This document shows positions 27,515 to 41,101 of a stretch of DNA of 64,000 bases, piece by piece. The notes beneath the pieces were generated by a model, which saw only the letters and a program-made list of their open reading frames with translations, was not told the origin of the DNA and did not search any database. The position numbers and the translations under genes were made by a program. Numbering within the stretch: position 1 is the first letter of the stretch; each line of letters begins with the position of its first letter. The stretch is from Octopus sinensis (taxonomy: Eukaryota), in contig NC_043019.1 in assembly GCF_006345805.1 (NCBI RefSeq), positions 5,579,360 to 5,643,359 of the forward strand, in the 5' to 3' direction.

Positions 27515-30500
27515 TAATATCCGTTTTCCATGCTAGCATGGATTGGATGGTTTGATCAGAGCTGGCACGCAGAAGAGCTGTTCTACGTTCCAGCCTGATT
27601 TGGCCTGGTTTTTTGCAGTGTGTGCTGGGTGCTTTTACTTGGCACCAGCATGAGTGCTTTTTATGTGGCACCGGTACAGGACTCTTGAAGGCCAATCCTC
27701 TTCACCAGAGGGAGTGACCCTAATACTTCTGCTGTGGGGGACAGGTTTTCATGAGTAAGTCCTCCACAGCAGAAGCGTTAAGGAAGAGTTAAGGCCACTC
27801 CATCTGGTGAAGCAGAATGGTCTGCAAGAGTTCTATGCTGGCGCCGGTGGCTGGAATGGATGGTAATTTATATAGTTTGCTAGTTCAGACAATTAGAAGC
27901 TGTGGTAGTTATGGTAAAAGAAATAGAGGAACAGACAAAGAATGCTGGTGAAATAGGAGCTATAGCATAATCACCAAGAAAAGTAATGAGAAAATTATGA
28001 AGTCTAGCAACTGTAAAGCTTGCATAAGTTTTATTTGTGAGTTGTTCAAAGGTCCCAGTTGACCTGATCAACAGAACAGCCTGCTTGTGAAATTAACATG
28101 CACGTGGCTGAGTACTCCACAGACCTGTAGTTCACAGGGAGATTCAGCATGAGACAGTATATGACAGGACTGACCTTTTGAAAAACAGGTGGTACTCATT
28201 TTTACCAGCTAAGTGGACTGTATTAATCATCATCATCATCATCATCATCGTTTAAACGTCTGTTTTCCATGTTAGCATGGGTTGGACGAATGACTGAGGG
28301 CTGGCAACCAGATGGCTGCACCAGGCTCCAGTCTTGATCAGGCAGAGTTTCTACAGCTGGATGCCCTTCCTAACGCCAACCACTCCGAGAGTGTAGTGGG
28401 TGCTTTTTACGTGCCACCTGCACGGGGGCCAATCAGGCGGTACTGGCAATGACCTCGCTCGAATCTTTTACACGTGCCACCGACACAGGTGCCAGTGAAG
28501 TGACGTTGGTAATGATCACACTCAAATGGTGCCCTTTTACGCGCCACAGGTACGGAAGCCAGTTTGCTGCTCTGGCAACGATCACAATGATCACGCTCGT
28601 ATTAATGTATAAGAATTTACCTAAACATGTATTGAAATATAGCAGGTCTTCATTGCTGGTCTAATAACATAATGCTGAGCCTACTCTAGGAATAAAAAGA
28701 TTTATATATACTGCAACCTATACATCTGCTTCCAATACATATCTGTTTGTGTGACTTACCTTCATAAGCCAATAAAAATCTGTGTGTATTGAGGTGCTTG
28801 AATAATTCTCATCAACTTCCACAACTGGCAACTGATCTTCTGGAGTGACAAGGATTTTGTCTTTGTGATACAAGAGGCAGGATAGGTAGATCCCTCTGAA
28901 ACAATAAATCACATTTAATAAATAAGGAGCAATAAAATATATCAGGGAACCACTCATATCTTAAGGGCTACACTAATGTCTACTTGTTGAGAAGGACTTG
29001 GGTTTGTTTTATATATATATATATATATATAAATAGGTGAATGAATTATCCTATGTTTATCGTTAGCATGGAAAATTCGTTTAACCGAAACCTGGGTAGC
29101 AAATTCACGTCAGAAAAACGGTTGAAGTGACCTGTCAGGGGTAGAAATTCTGGGTTCATGTGCAGAAATTTGTGTGTCGTATATGAATAAATGAAAGAAT
29201 GGAGTCGAACGAAGATGTTAACAAAATTCCTTTACTCTCGACACATGTTTCGAAGACAGCATGTTTTCATTCCAAAGGAATAAAGGGTGCATTATGCAAG
29301 CTTCTCATCAGGAAAGAAAGGGAGCCTCTCTCGACAACAAGACAAACAAAAATTTCGAGGATTTTTGTTTGTCTTGTTGTCGATAGAGGCTCCCTTTCTT
29401 TCCTGACGAGAAGATTGCATAATGCACCCTTTATTCCTTTGGAATGAAACCATGTTGTCTTCGAAACATATGTCGAGAGTAAAGGAATTTGTTAACATCT
29501 TTGTTCAACTCCATTCTTTCATTTATATATATATATATATATATATTAGTTAATGTAGAAATATGGTGATTAAGTTAATATTTGAAATAAGTTAATATAT
29601 AACAACTAACCCGTACTTGCATGGAGGATGGTATGTGTTAGATGTTATCATTTCTTGACCACTAACTGACCAATATACTTGTAGTCTAGCAAGCTATAGT
29701 TCAGCTACCAGCCCAGATTCTGTTGGTTGTCAGACTAAGAAAAGCAAACTTTCAAGGTATTGTTTACCTTTCACAGGTAAACTATGGTTGAGCCTGTGAC
29801 AGAGGAGACCCCCAGTGTTCTCAGCCCCCCAAACCATATCTCTGCACACTGCTATTGAGGTGGAGATGGCTATCCGCAAGTGTGAGTCCCGTGGGTTAGA
29901 GTGGCTGCTCCAGCACCTCTCCCTCATCATCCTCTGGGTCAATCCTTTTTCCATTTTGTCTGCTGAGATCATGAAAAAGTTTGAATTATAGGAAATTCTA
30001 CTTCCACTCCTCAACGTGAAGTTACTCCACACATATTGCTCAGTGCCTGTCTGTAGGACACACAGCATTCAGTTTTTTAAGCACTTCTTAGTTATTATCC
30101 AGCATGTCAACCCCATAATCCATCTGATGAGTGTATATATCTGTTGTGTATCTCTAGTTTCAGGAACACTGTGTTTTAACTAATGACCAAAATTTCCGCT
30201 ATAAAAGACCAACAAATAAGCAGTCATTGAGCTAAACAAACCTGTTTTAATTAGCTTATCACCCTCCATCACTTACTTTAGATTTTCTTCAATATAATGA
30301 AGTAAATTATTAAAATCTTACCTTTGAAGGGATTTCTGAAATTTTGGTGATAATGAGAAAAGATTCTTTAAACTTTTTCTTTTCCTCTGGACTGGTGAGT
30401 CTCCCGATGGCTCTGTAAATAAATAAATAAAAAATAAATTTGAACTCAGAACATAAAAGACGAATGAAATGCCACCAAGCATTTTGTCCAGAGTGCTAAC

Positions 30501-31572
30501 GATTCTGTCAGCTTGCTACCTTAGAAACAATGACTAAATAGTGACAAAGAATTACTTAAGAATTTGGTAATTATAGGTGAGAAGAAAGTTTGTAGACTAA
30601 CCTTTGATAGCAGGTGCATCTGTGGGTCTTGACTGCCTAACTTGAGAGAATAAGTCTTCAAGAGTGTTTACTTTCCATTGAGAGCGAGGGACTATGTTGT
30701 CAACATCATGCCAACCTTGTAGAGAAAGAAGAATCAATTTCCAATTATTCTTTGTGACAAATCTCTCATTCTAGATTCTTTGATACAATATTTATGGGAC
30801 TGACTGATGGACAAACTTATAGACCAGTGGTTCTCAACCATTTTTTGCCTATGGACTGTTTTTATTACTATTCTATTCTTTGTGGGCTCCCAAAGCCATA
30901 TGATGTTTAAAAACTGGTTTTATAGATGCTTCTTTCAAAATTCCTATTTTATTTTTCACTCTTGTGTAAACTGAACTATGTAAACCATTTGAGAAATAAA
31001 CTGAGCTGCTTTTTAAATACCTCTTAAATACATCTTTTAAATACATCTTAAGTAGCATTTTTTCATGGACCCTGAAAATACTACTGTGGATCCCTAGTTT
31101 ACTATTTTGCTTGCTTGGACTCCCAAAAGTCTTACATAGTCCCCTGCTGAGGACCACTGTTATACACAATTTGATCAGACAGTATACCACTTCCATACAA
31201 GAGATGCAGATTATACATACAACTTCCATAAAAACCAGTCTAATGTATCCCCTCTGCCAATCATCATTCTTATATGTCTTACCTTAACCCTTTTCATAGC
31301 AATCCACCTAGGACCATCTCTATTTATTTGATAGGAAAGTGCCAGTTTTAAAATATTTGCACTTAAATGTTAACTTCCATAATTTTTTAGTCCACATCTA
31401 TAGGCGCAGGAGTGTTTTAACTAATGACCAAAATTTACCAACCACATGGTTCTGGGTTCAGTCCCACTGTGTGGCATCTTGGGCAAGTGTCTTCTGCTAT
31501 AGCCCCGGGCCGACCAATGCCTTGTGAGTGGATTTGGTAGACGGAAACTGAAAGAAGCCTGTCGTATATATG

Positions 31573-31609
<37 letters not shown>

Positions 31610-32315
31610 TTGTGTGTCTGTGTTTGTCCCCCTAGCATTGCTTGACAACCGATGCTGGTGTGTTTACGTCCGCGTCACTTAGCGGTTCGGCAAAAGAGAC
31701 CGATAGAATAAGTACTGGGCTTACAAAGAATAAGTCTCGGGGTCGATTTGCTCGACTAAAGGCGGTGCTCCAGCATGGCCACAGTCAAATGACTGAAACA
31801 AGTAAAAGAGTAAAGAGTATCGTTCTGTTATGTTTCATTCTAAATAACAATTCACCCTCTACCCTACTGTCCTTCACCCCTACATTGGGGTCACTCACCA
31901 CTGCCCTAGTATCACTCACCACGGCCCTAGTATCACTCACCTGTGCTTTTTAAACAATTATATAACCAATAACCAATAATTTATACAGTCATTAACTGAT
32001 TAATAATTACTTACACAATCAGCTGATTTTTTAAAATATAACAATTGGTTGATTGAGAAATTAATTACAAAATCATTCACTGATTCATAATTACAATATT
32101 TGTTAAGTAATTAATAATGATTTTTATAACCATTCGTTGATTTTTCTTTTAATTATTTTTATGGCAATTTACTGATCCTTAATTATTCATAAAGCCATTA
32201 GTGTTAAATATTTATATAGTCATACACAATTACTTTTATAGGTCATTAGCCGATTCCTACTTACTTGTACAGATCTCTTTCAATAGGTCAACAACACTGA
32301 TACAATCTAATATAC

Positions 32316-32363
<48 letters not shown>

Positions 32364-32710
32364 TTGATGATGATAATGATGATGATGATGATGATGATAT
32401 AAAGGGTGGGGAACAAGGAAAGAAGTACTCACTAGATGGCTGGACGGAGGAAGGTGTGGCTAAAGTAGCCGGTCCATATCCTTTCATGTTAAATGCTGAC
32501 ACTTGTACAAAATAATAACTGTTTTTGTCTAAACCAATAATCTCATATTGTAGATTATCGAGACTTCGGACAATGGCCTCACCTTCAAGGATGACAAAAT
32601 CACTGGATTTACTCCATTCAACTAAACAGAATAGAAAATAACAAGATTTCATAAATGACTGTTATTGAACAAAAAAAAGACAGAGGTGGAAATCTATGTG
32701 TGTGTTTGTG

Positions 32711-32755
<45 letters not shown>

Positions 32756-32959
32756 TATATATATAGTGAGAATTTACAAAATAACATAAGATGAAGATGG
32801 GTGTATAAACAACAAACAGATGTATTAGTTTAATTCCTGTGAAGTGAGAAAGTCTTTTATATTTTGAGCCTGTGCTCTTCGACAGAAAGGAACACAGAAA
32901 TAAGCAGAGAGAGAGAGAAAATAGAAAAAGGTTTAGTGGCTAGCAACCTATCATGGCGA

Positions 32960-32995
<36 letters not shown>

Positions 32996-33886
32996 TCTTT
33001 TATTCTTTTACTTGTTTCAGTCATTTGACTGCAGCCATGCTGGAGCACTGCCTTCAAGTGTTTTAGCTGAAAACATTGACCCCAGAACATTTTTTGTATG
33101 CCTAGTACTTATTCTATTGGTCTCTTTTGCTGAACTGGAACTTACTGGAACTGCTCATTCTTAGAGCTTAAACTGTAGAACAACCAGCTCCATCCATGCA
33201 CTCTTGGATAATCTGAAGTAACCACATGTATTTCTTCATTCATGCTTCAACCTCCCTTCATAAAGTAGCACAAAGCCATTTCCCTATCTACTGTAGCCCC
33301 ACTCAAAAAAAGGGAATCTTTAATCTCAGGAGTTACACAGCAACCTCATTAGTACTACTAGTGTCATGAAAAAAAAGGCACCCAGAACATGCTGTAAATT
33401 GTTTAGTATTAGAAAGAATATGTAGACGTATGAACCATGCGAAGATGATAATGAAGCATGATGCAGTCCTGCAGTTTGTTGGATGCTGTTGGACTATTCA
33501 ATCAGTGCCAACGTGGAAGACGAATGGAAGACTGATGGTAAAGTCTATTTGCTAAAACATTAAATCTTTAACCCTTTCATTACCAACCCGGCTGAAACCG
33601 GCTCTGGCTCTGTAGTACAAATGTCCTGTTTTCATAAGATTTGAATTAAAATCTTCCACCAAACCTTAGTCACAATTTATGTTCCTAACAATAGCTTGAC
33701 GGTAACTAAGTTAATTTACTAAATTATTTGCTATATTTAAAACTAATTGAAAGAAACACAGAGCATCTCACCAGAAATACAGTAACGAAAGGGTTAATAT
33801 AAAACTATTCACACTTCAATTCCGCTGGACTTTTATAAAGTCCTCTTTGGATTTATGACCACATTGATCTTGGATTCAAGACTTTT

Positions 33887-33929
<43 letters not shown>

Positions 33930-34416
33930 ATTAGATAAAGATAGTTAAGGCTGGTCTGTGACTTTACCCTGGGTTTCACGTCCATAAAGTGCTTAGCTTT
34001 ACAGTGGTTTCTATGGACCCTAATAGCTGGCTGTTAGCGTCCTTTGAAATGCTGTAAAGCTAGGTGCTTTATGGATGTGAAACCCAGGGTAACCCCATAG
34101 ACCAGCCTTAACTATCTTTATCTAATTACTCTACTGCTCTATAACTTTGAGTGGGCTTCTCTTCTGGATTTATTACTTACTGATGATATATATATATATA
34201 TATATATATACCGGAGTAAACACATAAATGTGAAACAAGGTGGAAAAAAGAGTACTCAAATACCAGTGGTAGAGTAATATGCTTTATTTAAAGTAGCAGA
34301 AAATTCAACAAAACCTGTTACTCTGAGTTTCCTGTTGCCGTAAAAACTGTCCGATGAACGGCAACGGGAAACTCAGAGTAACAGGTTTTGTTGAAATTTC
34401 CGCTGCTTTAAATAAA

Positions 34417-34457
<41 letters not shown>

Positions 34458-35009
34458 CATCATTGCTACTTAACATCCGTTAAATATGTTGGCAGGTCTT
34501 GGATGGTTTGACCAGAACTAATGACCAGAGGACTGTATATATATACATATATATAATCTGATAATGTATATATATACATATATATAATCTGAACAAATTA
34601 ACATAAGGAACTAGGAATTTTTTGTTAGTGCATTAGAGATGGCACCCAGCCTAAAAGACAACAGTAACATCGACAAAGAAACTGAAAAATGTTTAAGTTA
34701 GTGGAGAGATACTACTCTTACCTTTGTAGCTGGTAACAACTGCTCCGTTATGGTTGAGTGGTTCTGAAAAGTTAACCAGGAGAGAAGAACTGCTGGCCAC
34801 ACTTACTGATGCATTGGTTGGCGCATCAGGGGGTCCTATGGAATCAAAGATGGTTTTGAATTTAGTTCCAATGCAAGGATGCAGTAAATTCAGTGTAACA
34901 TTCTCCAGGTATTTTTTGTTCATCGTTACAAGTTGAATGTATTTCAGATAGGTGTATAAAGAAGCAATGGTAGGTATAAATGTGTATAATTGTCTGGTGT
35001 GTGTGTGTA

Positions 35010-35040
<31 letters not shown>

Positions 35041-35079
35041 TGTGTGTATGTGTGTGTATGTATATATTATATATACATG

Positions 35080-35122
<43 letters not shown>

Positions 35123-35131
35123 ATGTATATA

Positions 35132-35174
<43 letters not shown>

Positions 35175-35475
35175 TCACAGGATGTTGCTGTCTAGAACAA
35201 TATACTCTGTATCAACTGTGTAAAATCTGAATGGCAGCCACCTTTCAGTAGAAGCACTCAAAGTTTGAACGTGATGTAACACGGTGGCGTTAGGTAGTGA
35301 TGTAGTTGGGAGGAAAGAAGTACCACAAGGTATGTGTGTGTATATGTATGTGTCTGCATGTGTGTATGTGTGCGTGAGTGTGTGTGTGTGTGTGTGTGAG
35401 AGAGAGAATGAGATTGCAAGAGAGAGAATATATACGTGCGTGTGTGTGTGTATGTGAGAGAGAGAGAGAGAGAGA

Positions 35476-35520
<45 letters not shown>

Positions 35521-38402
35521 GTAAAATCAACATTTTTTTGTCAGAATTGTTATGAAAACAATGTCATATCAATACAACATCACTAACGACAGAGGTTACA
35601 AAAGCCTTTTGTTGTTAACCATAAAATGAAGAACATCTGTAACAATTGATATAAGGTTTCAAATTTTGGCACAAGGCCAGCAATTTCAGGAGAGGTGATA
35701 GGATGATTGCATTGACTCCAGTACTTAACTGGTACTTATTTTATCACCCTCAAGAGGATGAAAGGCAAAGTCGACCTTGGTGGAATTTGAACTCAAAATG
35801 CAAAGACTGACGAAATACCACTAAGCATTTTGGCCCAGACTGCAAATGATTCTGTCAGCTTGCCGCTTTATGGTGACTGATATATGGACACGCTAGCATA
35901 CATATTCACACCTCTCTCTCTAGATATAAGCACACATTCATACATACAAAAATATGCTTTTACACACACAAGCACCCATTACAATCTCAGAGTGGTTGGT
36001 GTTAGGAAGGGCATCCAGCTGTAGAAACACTGCCTGGTCAGACTAGAGCCTGGTGCAGCCTCCTGGCTTGTCAGCAGTCCTCAGTCAAACCGTCCAACCC
36101 ATGCCAGCATGGAAAGCAGACAGTAAATCCTTATATATAAAAGTGAAGTTGTGTGTCTGTCTCCTACAATTTAGATTCCTAACTACTCCCACATTTTGCG
36201 GTGCAGTTTAACCAAAACCGGGTATCTTATAGTCGTGATTCATATCGAGCCCTTCTGGGTATTAAGTGCGCATCTACGATGAGTCTACGATTAAAAAAAA
36301 AATTTACCATCATTTTTTTCCATTTTAATGCATTTTTTTCGCTATTATATAAGGGAAGTAACTCTCTAAAAATGTCTACGATGAGTCAACGATTTTTAAA
36401 AGAAGTTACCATCATTTTTTTTTCCATTTTTAATGCAATTTTTTTGCTATTTTTTGGCTATAACTCTCTAAAAATGCTTATATAGTTATTTCCCTTACAA
36501 ACCCAAGCAACGCCGCGCGATACTGCTAGTATAATATAAAATTAACCAATCTTAAAGAATACTTACGAGCTAAGTCGTAACCACTTTTCATTCGTTTCAA
36601 TAATTTATGACGGAATTCCCAGTGAGTTAACTGTTTTTCAGTCTCCTGAAAAAAAAAACAAAAAAAAACAATAATCATTTTGATGTTTATTGATGATTGT
36701 GATGATGATTATGATAATTATAATGGTGATGGTTGTGATGGTAATGGTGGTGATGGTAATGGTTGTTCATAATTTACTAAATTCACCCCCATCACCATTT
36801 TGATTCCCTTACTCTCCCCTCAAACACTGTCACAACCTCCATCCATCCCCTCTTTTTCATCTCCTCTCCCTACTGCTTTTATTCAACTTCTTGTACCTTA
36901 AGGCCATGCTTGGACACCTTTTTACCACCTTCTTCATCCTCCTTTCCAGCTCTACCTCATTTACTCTCCTGTTGCTTAAAGACCTCACAAGAAAGAGCTG
37001 GTCGCATGAAAGACCACCTGTACATGGTTGGCATTAGAAAGGGCACCAAGTCATAGAAACCATGCTATAACTGAGACATTGGTGCTAGATGTGGCCCTTC
37101 ATTATGTTGCATCCTGTTGAAACATTCAACCAATGACAGCAAGGAAAATGGACACGAAATGATGATGATAAACTTTTCTACTTTAGACACAATGCCTGAA
37201 ATTTTTGGGAGGGGGCCAGTTGATTAGATCAACCCCAGTACACAACTGGTACTTAATTTATCGACCCTTAAAGGATGAAAGACAAAGTTGACCCCAGTGG
37301 AATTTGAACTCGGAACGTAAAGATAGATGAAATACTGCTAAGCATTTCACCCGGTGTGCTAACGATTCTGCCAGCTCACTGCCTTAAATTGATGAGGATA
37401 ATGATGAGTTTGAGTGACTGTTTTGTCAGTGTGTATCATCATCATCATCAACATCGTTTAACGTCCGATTTCCTTGCTAGCATGGGTTGGACGGTTCAAC
37501 TGGGGTCTGGGAAGCCAGAAGGCTGCACCAGGCTCCAGTCTGATCTGGCAGTGTTTCTACAGCTGGATACCCTTCCTAACGCCAACCACTCCGGGAGTGT
37601 AGTGGGTGCTTTTTATGTGCCACCTACACAGGTGCCAGACGAGGCTAGCAAACGGCCATGATCGGATGGTGCTTTTTACGTGCCACCGGCATGGGGGCCA
37701 GACGAGGCTGGTAACGGCCAATGTACACAATATGCTGGCATGGGTTAGACAGTATGACTGGAACTGGTAAGCTAGAGAGCTGCACCAGGTTCCAGTCTGA
37801 TTTTGTCTTGGTTTCTACAGCTGGATGCCCTTCTTAATGCCAACCACTCCAAGAGTGTGACGGGTGTTTCTAACATGCCATCAGCATGTGCACGAGTTAC
37901 GTGACACCAGTATCAGCCACAGTTACGATCTCACTTGGCTTTATGAGTTTTCTCAAGCACAGCATATTACCAAAGATCTCAGTCACTTATCACCTTTGTG
38001 AGGCCCAACGTTTGAAGGGTGCTTTTTATGTGCCACCAGTACAGGTGCCTACACACACACACACACAAAGAGCTAATATCACTTTACCAACAACCGTTTT
38101 CCTCTCAGACTTTTCAAATTGGTATTCCATGTTTTATATTTTACTTTATCTAAAATATGTTAAATCTGCAACATTACTGCCAAAAATTGTGAAGAACGTC
38201 CATTAGAATTTAGAATATTCACAAATGCACACAAAAATTCCAAAATCAGTCAACAAAAAAAAAACTACCAAAAGCAAAGAATTTTAAAATACCAAAATAT
38301 TGGTTTTGTTCTTTCATTTCTTTTTATTTCCTAGTTAATGGTGGTGGAGTTGATGAGGCCGTAAAGGCATTTATCCAAGGCTTAATGTTTCCTTTACTGT
38401 AA

Positions 38403-38448
<46 letters not shown>

Positions 38449-38562
38449 TGCAGTAGTAGTAGCAGTAGTAGTAGTAGTTGTAGTAGTAGTAGTTGCAGTA
38501 GTAGTAGTAGTTGCAGTTGTAGAAGTAGTAGTAGTTGCAGTTGTGGTAGTAGTAGTAGTAGC

Positions 38563-38608
<46 letters not shown>

Positions 38609-38723
38609 ATAATAGTAGTATAGTAGTAATAGTAGTAGTAGTAGCAGTAGCAGTAGTAGTAGTAGTAGTAATAATAGTAGTATAGTAGTAATAGTAGTAG
38701 TAGTAGTAGTAGTAGTAGTAATG

Positions 38724-38772
<49 letters not shown>

Positions 38773-39121
38773 CAGCAGCAGTAGTAGTAGTAGTAGTAGC
38801 AGTAGTAGTAGTGGTAGTGGTTGCTGCTCACCTTCTGGTGTAGTGATGAAACATTGCTGCCGGCTGAAGATCCATTCAAAACAGCAGCTATGAGGTCAAC
38901 CATGTTCTTCTCAGCTTCTGATACAAGTTGGTCCAGGGTTCTAGCACGGCACTCTCCCTTTTCAACTGGCAGAGTAAAAAAAAACAAAATCAATATTGTA
39001 TTATATATATATATATACATATATATATTTATACAATCAAACTAGTTGTATACACGTGAAATATTAATAAAAGTGAGATACTGAGGGGTAGGATATATAT
39101 AGAGGGATGGGTTATTAGAGT

Positions 39122-39169
<48 letters not shown>

Positions 39170-40542
39170 TAATCCAAACAAGTAAGCACAAAAAAACACA
39201 ACAACGCGAGGACGTGGAACAAATATAGTATTATTGGACGCTCAGGAAAGAAGGAGGGTTTAACGTTTCGAGCGGAGCTCTTCGTTGGAAACATAGGAAA
39301 AGGAAAGATCCAGAGAAGGGAAGACAGAGGAAAAAAATCGCCAACGGTCCACACGAGGTCACAAGCAGGCATGACTGTATGGTAAGAAGCTTGATTCCTC
39401 ACCACATGGTGCTGCGTTCAGTCCCACTGTATGGTACCTTGGGCAAGTGCCTTCTACAACAGCCTTGGGCTAACCAAAGCTTTGTGAGTGGATTTGGGAG
39501 ACAGAAACTGAAAAAGGCTTGTTGTATATGCATATATATATATATATCAATGTGTTTCTCTCTGCGTGTGTATTAGTTCCCACCACCATCACCACCACCT
39601 CTTAACAACCACTGTGTTTACATCGCTGTAGCTTAGCAGTTTGGCAAAAAAAAAAAAAGTTCTAATCTTTAAAAGAAAGTATTGGGGTGAATTCATTTAA
39701 CTAAAAATTCTTCACAGCGGTTCCCCAGCATGGCTGCGTCTAATGACTGAAACAAGTAAAATGACATAGCTATTATATAAAATCCATTCTGTCTGTCTGT
39801 GTCTGTGTCTTCTAGGATCTCGGGCATCCTCCATCCGATTGCGCTCAAATTTGATGTGTAGATACTGACAGTATCAGGACGTGTATAAGTCTTCAAAAAA
39901 ATTACAAAAATCGATTCCAGGTGAGAATGCGATCGATAAAGTTGTGGGAGCGTGCATTTGTACACGCAAGTACACCAGCTGTTGTGATTGATACTACGCG
40001 TACATGAGAAAAATGCACGTGCAGTTTGTGCAAAAAAAGCCGGCTGGCTTGAAATAATGCCACAAAATGCAGTATATTTAAGAGACCAAAAGAGTAAGAT
40101 GCAAAAGAGATATTTTCTTCAAACTTGGCATGAAGGAAGGAAAGACTATTTGGTTTCTCAAGAAGTTTTTTTTTGCCTTAACTTCATTTAACAAAACCAA
40201 AAATTTTATTGAAATAAAGGCTTGCTTAATTATTTTCTAATGAAAAGAAAACACTGATTGCTTTTTATTCAGCAGATATGATTCAGCACCGTCCATTGGA
40301 CGGCGGGGCATTTTGCTCGTATATATATATATATATATATATATGTACCATTGGTGATTTTTTTCCTCTGTCTTCCCTTCTCTGGATCTTTCCTTTTCCT
40401 ATGTTTCTGACAAAGAGCGCCGCTCGAAACGTAAAACCTTCCTTCTTCCCTTCCTTCCTGAGCGTCCAATAATACTATATTTGTTCCATGTCCTCTTGTT
40501 GTTGTGTCTTCTCTTTGTGTTTTCATGTTTGGATTAACTTTA

Positions 40543-40574
<32 letters not shown>

Positions 40575-41067
40575 CATATATATATATATCAATGCCATGT
40601 ATACCATAAGGTCTACAAATTTAGTGGGGTCCTCAAAAGACATTTTAAGATCCACAAAGATCAGAACCTTAATTGCAGCTCTTGGTGGTCCAAATCACAT
40701 ATGCAATCTATGTGAGTTTCTTTCCAATACATTGTCTGGTTTAAAAGGCCACATCAGATGCGATTATGGATCAAAGGTGTAGGTACAAGAGGTGGTCAGG
40801 CTCTGTATAAGGAGTAGACAACCACCATATATATCATCATTAAACATCCATCTTTTATGCTGGCAGGGTTTAGATAGTTTATTGGGATCCAGTGAGCTGG
40901 AGGACTGCGCCAAGCTCCAGTCTTTTCTCAACACAGTCCTTGGGCTTGTTAGATCCTGTCAGATCATTTGGCCTCTATGCTAGGATGAAAGATGGACATT
41001 ACATGATGATGACGTGTGTGTATATGTGCATGTGTGTGTGTGTGTGTTTGTGTGTGTGTGTGATTGT

Positions 41068-41101
<34 letters not shown>

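Noticed and set aside
34836-34925. Alternative in-frame start (MNKKYLENV...) before exon 6
   Set aside because: Only an open frame upstream of a good acceptor; no other evidence.
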